From contig CAZTUJ010000001.1 of NCBI GenBank assembly GCA_964616855.1, forward strand, positions 192,301 to 256,300: 64,000 bases of DNA, in the 5' to 3' direction. Below, one piece after another: positions 58,228 to 64,000 of the stretch (the stretch's first letter is position 1; every line of letters begins with the position of its first letter). The notes under the pieces are model-generated. The model saw only the letters and a program-made list of their open reading frames with translations. It had not been told where the DNA came from and did not search any database. Origin of the DNA: an uncultured Gammaproteobacteria bacterium. GTDB lineage: Bacteria > Patescibacteriota > Patescibacteriia > Patescibacteriales > UBA12465. Position numbers and translations under genes: made by a program.

Positions 58228-59277
58228 ATGCTTATTTTCTACATTGTTAAAATTCTATTGTTATCCGCTTTAGCTTTTATTTTTGCCATGGCTTGTACAC
58301 CCGCTTTAACCAATTTTTTATATAAGTATAAGCTAGGCAAGCAAATCCGTAATGGTGGGGATACCCCAATTTTTAGTAAGCTTCATGCGCATAAAGCCGG
58401 GACGCCGACGATGGGTGGAATTTTAATTTGGGGAACGGTTTTAGTTTTTATGGTGCTTTTTTCTTTTTTGGCTGATGTTATGCCTGGTGATATTTTTAAA
58501 TATTTGAATTTTTTCTCCCGCTCAGAAACTTTGTTGCCTTTAGGGGCCTTAGTGGCGAGTGCTATTATTGGTCTATTGGATGATTGGCTTGATGTCAGCG
58601 GCCGTGGTGTTTTTGGCGGTGGGGGGTTAAAACTGAAACATCGTCTTTTGATTTATGCCTTAATTGCCGCGGCTGGCGCTGCCTGGTTTTATTTTAAACT
58701 TGATTGGACGGTTTTTCATATTCCTTTTTTCGGTAATTTTGAAATTTCTTGGTGGTATATCCCGGTATTTATCTTTGTCATTGTGGCCACTTCTTTTTCT
58801 GTTAACGAAACAGATGGCCTCGATGGTTTGGCTGGTGGCACTTTGATGATTGCTTTTGCCGCTTATGGTATCATCGCCTTTGCTTTGGGTCGCTATGAAT
58901 TAGCGGCTTTCTGCGGAGTTATTATTGGCGCCTTACTCGCCTTTCTTTGGTTTAATATTCCTCCCGCCCGTTTTTATATGGGGGATACGGGTGCCATGAG
59001 TCTCGGAGTGACTTTAGGGGTGATTGCGATGTTGACCAATAGCGCTCTCTTTCTGCCTTTGATTGGCCTGATTTTTTTAATTGAGTCTTTGTCAGTAATT
59101 ATTCAGATGCTTTCTAAAAAGTTCCGTGGTAAAAAGGTGTTTTTGTCCTCGCCTATCCATCACCATTTTCAAGCTTTAGGTTGGCCAGAGTCAAAAATTG
59201 TTATGCGTTTCTGGGTGATTGCCTCCATGGGTGCCGTTTTAGGACTATTAATCTTTTTAGCTGATAGGCAGTGGTAG
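58228..59277 (+). CDS. mraY: Phospho-N-acetylmuramoyl-pentapeptide transferase
   Basis: HAHKAGTPTMGG, LLDDWLD, NETDGLDGLAGG, FYMGDTGAMSLG and SSPIHHHFQ. Confidence 0.95.
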   Translation: MLIFYIVKILLLSALAFIFAMACTPALTNFLYKYKLGKQIRNGGDTPIFSKLHAHKAGTPTMGGILIWGTVLVFMVLFSFLADVMPGDIFKYLNFFSRSETLLPLGALVASAIIGLLDDWLDVSGRGVFGGGGLKLKHRLLIYALIAAAGAAWFYFKLDWTVFHIPFFGNFEISWWYIPVFIFVIVATSFSVNETDGLDGLAGGTLMIAFAAYGIIAFALGRYELAAFCGVIIGALLAFLWFNIPPARFYMGDTGAMSLGVTLGVIAMLTNSALFLPLIGLIFLIESLSVIIQMLSKKFRGKKVFLSSPIHHHFQALGWPESKIVMRFWVIASMGAVLGLLIFLADRQW

Positions 59278-59284
59278 AAAATTT

Positions 59285-60439
59285 ATGAAAATAATGAAGA
59301 AGCTAAAAAATTTTTTAGCGCCGAGTGCGCAAGAGCATGAAGCCGACCCTTGGTTCCTTTTGGGCGTGGGGAGTTTGTTGCTGATTGGCTTGGTGATGCT
59401 TTCTAGCGCCTCTTCGGTGGTATCTTACGCTCGCTTTGGCAACACCTATCATTATTTTTTTCATCAATTAATCGCCGCTTTTATCGGCGTGGGTCTCTTC
59501 TTTGTTTTTTACCGAATTGATTATCGTTTTTGGCGGCGTTACGCTTTGTGGGCTTTAATTTTTTCGGTCGTTCTTTTGGTGTTAGTTTTTATTCCCGGAT
59601 TGCGGGCCGAGCACGGTACCGCGCGTAGCTGGATTATCGTTTTTGGCCAGTCTCTCCAGCCGGCGGAATTTGTTAAATTAGGTTTTTTGATTTATCTAGC
59701 TACCTGGCTAGAGGCGAAAAAAGGGCAGCTAAAGGAGGCCGGTAGCGGTATCATGCCTTTTCTTAGTAGTCTGTTGATTATCGCCGCTTTAATGCTCGCT
59801 CAGCCAGATTTGGGAACTTTATTTATTATTCTTTTTGCCGCTTTTGCTGCTTTCTTTGTAGCCGGAGGTAAATTTTCCCATATTGTTCTTACGATGGTGC
59901 TGGGGGCTTCGGCTTTAGCCCTTATGTTCTATGCCAGCTCTTCTTATCAAAGCGATCGTTTTCGCTGTTATCAAGACCCCGCTTACGATATTCAAGAGGA
60001 GTGTTATCAGATTAATCAATCTTTGATTGCTGTCGGTTCTGGCGGCTGGCTAGGCCGAGGGCTTGGGCAAAGTCGGCAGAAATTTATGTATTTGCCGGAA
60101 GTTTGGGGTGATTCCATCTTTCCAATTATTGCCGAAGAGGTTGGTTTTATCTTTAGTGCTCTTTTGATCGCCCTCTATGGATTAATATTTTACCGTGGCT
60201 TGAAAATTGCCAAACACGCTCCAGATATTTATGGCAGTGCTCTGGCTACTGGTATTATTGCTTGGTTAGCTGTTCAAACTTTTTTAAATATCGGGGGCAT
60301 GATTAATTTAATTCCCATGACCGGCGTGCCCTTGCCCTTTGTTTCTGCTGGGGGCTCTTCAATTTTATCTACACTAATGGCCATCGGCATTCTGGCTAAT
60401 ATCAGTAAGCATAGTAAATATGAAAGACGCGGCAAATAA
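59285..60439 (+). CDS. ftsW: SEDS-family peptidoglycan glycosyltransferase (FtsW by dcw context)
   Basis: SLQPAEFVKL, QPDLGT, SDRF, LPEVWGDSIFPIIAEEVGF and IPMTGVPLPFVSAGGSS. Confidence 0.85.
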   Translation: MKIMKKLKNFLAPSAQEHEADPWFLLGVGSLLLIGLVMLSSASSVVSYARFGNTYHYFFHQLIAAFIGVGLFFVFYRIDYRFWRRYALWALIFSVVLLVLVFIPGLRAEHGTARSWIIVFGQSLQPAEFVKLGFLIYLATWLEAKKGQLKEAGSGIMPFLSSLLIIAALMLAQPDLGTLFIILFAAFAAFFVAGGKFSHIVLTMVLGASALALMFYASSSYQSDRFRCYQDPAYDIQEECYQINQSLIAVGSGGWLGRGLGQSRQKFMYLPEVWGDSIFPIIAEEVGFIFSALLIALYGLIFYRGLKIAKHAPDIYGSALATGIIAWLAVQTFLNIGGMINLIPMTGVPLPFVSAGGSSILSTLMAIGILANISKHSKYERRGK

Positions 60440-61517
60440 GTTAATAGTTATTTCTGGTGGTGGCAGCGGTGGGCCGAGCACAGCGCCTTTGGCTTTGGCG
60501 GTCGCTTTCCGGAACTTGGATGCGTCCGCTCGTTTTTTATTTATTGGTAATGATCCTAAATTAGAAAAAGATTTGTTTGCAGACATTTTTCAGTCTTTAG
60601 GGGCTAATTATTTGGCTTTACCGGCGGGGAAGTGGCGACGTTATTTTTCTTTATTTAATATTTTGGATTTTTTTAAGATTTTAAGCGGTTTCATTCAATC
60701 TTATTTCCTTTTTCGGCGTCTGCGCCCGGCTTTAATTATTTCCGCTGGTTCTTTTGCAAGTGTACCGGTAGTTTGGGCGGGACGTTTCTGCGGAGCAAAA
60801 ATCTTAATTCATCAGCAGGATGTTCGTCCGGGTTTAGCTAATCGTTTAATGATTCGGGCAGCTGACCGGGTCAGTGTTGCTTTCCCCAAGTCTTTAGCTG
60901 ATTATGGTAATCGCGCCGTTTTGATTGGCAATCCTAGCCTCAGCTCTGTTTCCGCTGCTGACCAGGAAAGAGTGAGAGGAAAATTTAACTTAGTTTCCAG
61001 TCATCCTTTGCTTTTGGTAACGGGTGGCGGCACTGGCGCCTTAGCCCTTAATCGCTTATTTTTTGAAGCTCTGCGTGATTTACCCGCTGATTGGCAGATT
61101 ATTCATCAAACTGGTATTGGTAAAGGGGAGGGCGCCCCTAGTCGTTTCGCCTATCAGGCAATTGAGACCTTATCCCATGAAGATTTTAAAGCTCTTTTGT
61201 CTTTGGCGGATATGGTGGTTTCGCGGGCCGGTTTAGGAGTGATGACGGAGTTATCGATTCTAGCCAAGTCTTGCTTGCTTTTGCCAATTCCTCATTCCCA
61301 CCAAGAAGATAACGCTGCCTACTTTGCCGAAAAACAAGCGGCCATCGTTTTGAATCAAGAGGGTTTAAAAGCGGCGAGCTTAGCCACAGAATTGCGAGAA
61401 TTGTGGGCGGATAAAAATAGACGTCAATCATTATCTAACAATATCCAGGGATTGTTGCCAGCGGACGCGGCTGACCGGGGGGCCTTGTTAATTCGGGAAA
61501 TATTAAAGGGAGTTTAA
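60420..61517 (+). CDS. murG: UDP-GlcNAc:lipid I GlcNAc transferase MurG
   Basis: VISGGGSGGPSTAPLALA (G-loop), VPVVWAGRF...ILIHQQD, LLVTGGGTGA, and VSRAGLGVMTELS...LLPIPHS..DNA. Confidence 0.85.
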   Translation: MKDAANKLIVISGGGSGGPSTAPLALAVAFRNLDASARFLFIGNDPKLEKDLFADIFQSLGANYLALPAGKWRRYFSLFNILDFFKILSGFIQSYFLFRRLRPALIISAGSFASVPVVWAGRFCGAKILIHQQDVRPGLANRLMIRAADRVSVAFPKSLADYGNRAVLIGNPSLSSVSAADQERVRGKFNLVSSHPLLLVTGGGTGALALNRLFFEALRDLPADWQIIHQTGIGKGEGAPSRFAYQAIETLSHEDFKALLSLADMVVSRAGLGVMTELSILAKSCLLLPIPHSHQEDNAAYFAEKQAAIVLNQEGLKAASLATELRELWADKNRRQSLSNNIQGLLPADAADRGALLIREILKGV

Positions 61518-61520
61518 TTT

Positions 61521-62924
61521 ATGAATATTTTGCACTATCAAAAATTTTATCTGCTGGGCATTAAAGGTGTGGGCATGACCATGTTAGCGCAATTTTTACG
61601 AGCCCAAGGCAAGGAGGTTGGCGGTGTTGATGTCGCCGATGTCTTTATGACTGATCAGGTCTTGCGCCGGGCCCATATTAAGGTGCGTGTTGGTTTCGAT
61701 GCCGCTTGTTTACCTAAGGACGCGGTAATTATTTACTCCAGCGCCTATACCGAAGAAAATAACTCGGAAAGAGCTTATTTGTCGGCTCATCCGGAAAAGT
61801 TTAAAAAATTTCCAGTTTTAAATTATGCGCAAGCGATCGGCGCTCTTTTTAGCTCCTATCAGGGCTTAGCGGTTTGTGGCAGCCATGGCAAGACCACAAC
61901 CGCGGCTTGGCTGGGCTTTGTTTTAAAACGAGCTGGCCTTGATCCTAATATTTTAGTTGGTGCCCGCGTACCCCAACTTAAGGGTAGTGCTGTTTTAGGG
62001 TCTTCTCCTTATTTTATTGCCGAAGCCGATGAATATCAGAATAAACTTCAATATTTCCAACCTCACGGTATTATATTAAATAATATTGATTTTGATCACC
62101 CCGATTATTTTAAAAACAAGCGGGCTTATTTCCAAGTCTTTGTTGATTTTATTTCGAAATTGAAAAAGAGCGGATTCTTAGTGGCAAATGCTGGCGATGC
62201 TCAGATTAGAAGTTTATTACCTGCGGTCAAAGGAAAGATATTTTCTTACGCTCTAGCGGAATCAGCCCCGAAGGGTCTTACTGTTTCTTTGTTGGCTCAT
62301 TCCTTGCGTCAAGAAAAAACTTGGCAATATTTTCAAGTTAATGATTGGGGAGAATTTAAAATTAGTTTACTAGGTCGACATAATGTAGAAAATGCTTTGG
62401 CTGTTTTAGCTGGTGGCCTAGCCCTTAACTTAGATCCTCGGACTTTAAAGAAGCATTTAGCCGCCTTTAAAGGCGCATCCCGTCGAGCGGAACTACTCGG
62501 CCGTTATCGAGGGATCCCAGTATTTGATGATTACGGGCATCATCCTACGGAAGTAAAGGCGACACTACAAGCTTTTAAGGAAACTTATCCGGACAAACGT
62601 TTAGTGGTAATTTTCCATCCTCACACCTTTACTCGCACCAAGGCTTTGTTTGCAGATTTTGTAAATAGTTTCTCCGCTGCTGATGTTTTAGGTATTTTAG
62701 AAATATATGGTTCGGCTCGGGAAAAACAGGGAGGTATCTCCAGTAGTGATTTAGTGGCCGCCCTTAAAAAAAATGGGAGAAAAAAACCGGTGGTCTATTT
62801 GTCTGATTTTGATCAGGCCCTGAATTGGCTGCGTAAGACTTTAGACCAAAATGATGTTTTACTGTTGATTGGCGCCGGTGATATTTTCCGTATAGGCAAA
62901 AAATTACTTGAAAAAAAGAACTGA
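61521..62924 (+). CDS. murC: UDP-N-acetylmuramate--L-alanine ligase
   Basis: FYLLGIKGVGMTMLAQFL, VCGSHGKTTT, EADEYQ, NIDFDHPDYF and DDYGHHPTE. Confidence 0.9.
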   Translation: MNILHYQKFYLLGIKGVGMTMLAQFLRAQGKEVGGVDVADVFMTDQVLRRAHIKVRVGFDAACLPKDAVIIYSSAYTEENNSERAYLSAHPEKFKKFPVLNYAQAIGALFSSYQGLAVCGSHGKTTTAAWLGFVLKRAGLDPNILVGARVPQLKGSAVLGSSPYFIAEADEYQNKLQYFQPHGIILNNIDFDHPDYFKNKRAYFQVFVDFISKLKKSGFLVANAGDAQIRSLLPAVKGKIFSYALAESAPKGLTVSLLAHSLRQEKTWQYFQVNDWGEFKISLLGRHNVENALAVLAGGLALNLDPRTLKKHLAAFKGASRRAELLGRYRGIPVFDDYGHHPTEVKATLQAFKETYPDKRLVVIFHPHTFTRTKALFADFVNSFSAADVLGILEIYGSAREKQGGISSSDLVAALKKNGRKKPVVYLSDFDQALNWLRKTLDQNDVLLLIGAGDIFRIGKKLLEKKN

Positions 62925-62961
62925 CAGCAAATTTAAGACTGTTGGTTTATATTTTATCGAT

Positions 62962-63281
62962 ATGAAAAAAATATATAGATACTTAATATTTAGTGTTCTA
63001 GCGATATTGGTGGTTGGCGTTGCTTGGTTTTTTGACTTTTCGCCATCATCTTTAGTTAATAGATTGTTACAAATTAATCGAGTTGAAGCCGCCGTGCCCG
63101 GAACTCTTATTAAGACTAAGGATATTTCCTCTGTTTATTATTTGGGTACAGATAATAAGCGTTACGTTTTTCCTTCCGATTAACAAATAATACTTTTGCT
63201 AGTACTAATGGTGTTGGGTTGTGGGAGTATCAGTCATCTGATAATGTCTTTTCTAACAATATAATTATACCGCCAAGATAA
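62962..63281 (+). pseudogene. Decayed gene remnant: N-terminal fragment of a YYL-KRY-module surface protein, then an out-of-frame beta-helix-like fragment
   Basis: ATG at 62962 gives a TM anchor (YLIFSVLAILVVGVAWFF) and ...ISSVYYLGTDNKRYVFPSD, then TAA at 63181-63183. A different frame (63186-63281) reads NNTFASTNGVGLWEYQSSDNVFSNNIIIPPR*, which resembles a parallel beta-helix repeat. Confidence 0.4.
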
Positions 63282-63303
63282 ATAGTTTAGATTTTAAGTT
63301 CAA

Positions 63304-63337
63304 GAAAAAATCCGGCCATTGGGGTCGGATTTTTTTC
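63304..63337. terminator. Bidirectional hairpin terminator
   Basis: Stem atccggcc (63310-63317) pairs with ggtcggat (63323-63330) with one G-U pair, flanked by an A6 run upstream and a T7 run downstream. Confidence 0.75.
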
Positions 63338-63351
63338 TTCACTTTTTAAAT

Positions 63352-64000
63352 TTACATTTTGTTTAAAATCGCCTGGGCGATGAGAATTTTCCCAGGGTTG
63401 AGGCTGCTCCCGAATTCAGTCAGAATTTTGTGCTGTTCGCTAGCAATGTCTTCGATACTGCTTTGCTTCGTCCACAGTCTGATCGTTTTTATGGCGGCTA
63501 CTGTTGGCCAGACTTCTTTATGGTTAATGTGATTGCTTATGAGAGCATCATATACCGTGATTCCTTTCTCAAGGTTGCTGATAAGGCTAATCAGTAGCAT
63601 CCAGTGGCGACGGCAGAAGCGATAATTCGCTTTTCCTATTTCATCATCACCGTTGCTTCGATTTGCTTCTTTGAAGATTTTTGTCTTGTTGGTAAAGTCC
63701 GCAGACGCAAACTCCTTTTCCAACAATTGAGCGTGGCGTTCAGCTAATTTATGTCGCCGGCCGTTTTGTTTTTTAGCCAGGGGCATAAGTTTTTTAATTT
63801 CCGCATCAGTCTGCAAGCTGGCGACTACGCGGTTGAAGCCGGCATCGTTGAGCCAAGCCAGGGAACGTACCGCTCCTAAGAGTTCGGGTATTTGTTCTTC
63901 CGGGCTATCGAGGAAGTAGCTGCTGATTTTATCAGCGATATTCACTTTTTCAGTTTTGGTGGCATTTTTCCATTCTTGCCCCAATTGCAGAATTTCTGCC
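63352..64000 (-). CDS. Hypothetical protein, N-terminus beyond window end
   Basis: The reading frame stays open past the track start (63984) to nt 64000 (...AEILQLGQEWKNATK). It is soluble and probably helical, and no family was recognised. TAA stop at 63352-63354. Confidence 0.5.
   Translation of the reverse strand, partial: AEILQLGQEWKNATKTEKVNIADKISSYFLDSPEEQIPELLGAVRSLAWLNDAGFNRVVASLQTDAEIKKLMPLAKKQNGRRHKLAERHAQLLEKEFASADFTNKTKIFKEANRSNGDDEIGKANYRFCRRHWMLLISLISNLEKGITVYDALISNHINHKEVWPTVAAIKTIRLWTKQSSIEDIASEQHKILTEFGSSLNPGKILIAQAILNKM

Noticed and set aside
1-64000. Mobile elements, prophage genes, toxin-antitoxin pairs, restriction-modification, CRISPR-Cas, retron/DGR reverse transcriptase.
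   Set aside because: No ORF shows transposase, integrase, recombinase, reverse-transcriptase, nuclease-methylase or Cas signatures, and no inverted terminal repeats were noticed. The only hint of rearrangement is the decayed junction after murC.

Overview
This is a gene-dense, AT-rich bacterial chromosomal segment that reads cleanly under genetic code 11; TGA is a real stop at rseP (22583-22585) and murC (62922-62924). I support about 60 protein genes. I found no rRNA, tRNA, CRISPR array, transposase or integrase. All family assignments come from reading motifs in the supplied translations by eye; no homology or HMM search was run.

Layout:
- 1-14.4 kb: typA, then a glycan-assembly locus with a short UGDH-like gene, a Wzx-like flippase, two GT4, two GT2, a C-methyltransferase::Gmd-like SDR fusion, gmd, a GT-like::SAM-methyltransferase fusion and a polyprenyl-phosphate sugar-phosphate transferase.
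- 14.4-18.7 kb: two monocistronic secreted repeat proteins, each with a near-consensus promoter and a strong terminator.
- 18.7-35 kb: housekeeping genes (holB, a BNR propeller, frr, rseP, hpf, nrdB carrying an N-terminal ATP-cone plus a short cone-less nrdA behind NrdR-box-like sites, secA, DUF523, two NUDIX, ileS).
- 34.9-39.4 kb: a five-gene unit bounded by a promoter and a terminator (lemA, SPFH, htpX, an orphan phosphohistidine swivel protein, NIF3-like).
- 39.4-48.3 kb: ruvA, proS, mreBCD, then PfkB kinase, RmlC-like cupin, HIT, rmlB, then a stand-alone receiver and a second mreB.
- 48.3-57.7 kb: a second envelope block (GT4, an S8 protease fused to an FG-GAP propeller, a UXS-like SDR, two GT4, a DUF2304-like protein, GT2, and a GspE/PilB homolog whose ATPase motifs are all degenerate).
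- 57.8-62.9 kb: a partial dcw cluster (mraY-ftsW-murG-murC, with no murD).
- 62.9-64 kb: a decayed junction.

The archaeal-type ProRS, the near absence of Shine-Dalgarno sequences, the many large secreted repeat proteins and the tight packing suggest a Patescibacteria/CPR-like organism, but that is inference.

The best candidates for novelty are the methyltransferase::reductase fusion next to gmd, the GspE-like pseudo-ATPase coupled to a GT2, the lemA-SPFH-htpX-swivel-NIF3 operon, the ATP-cone NrdB system, and the receiver-MreB2 pair.
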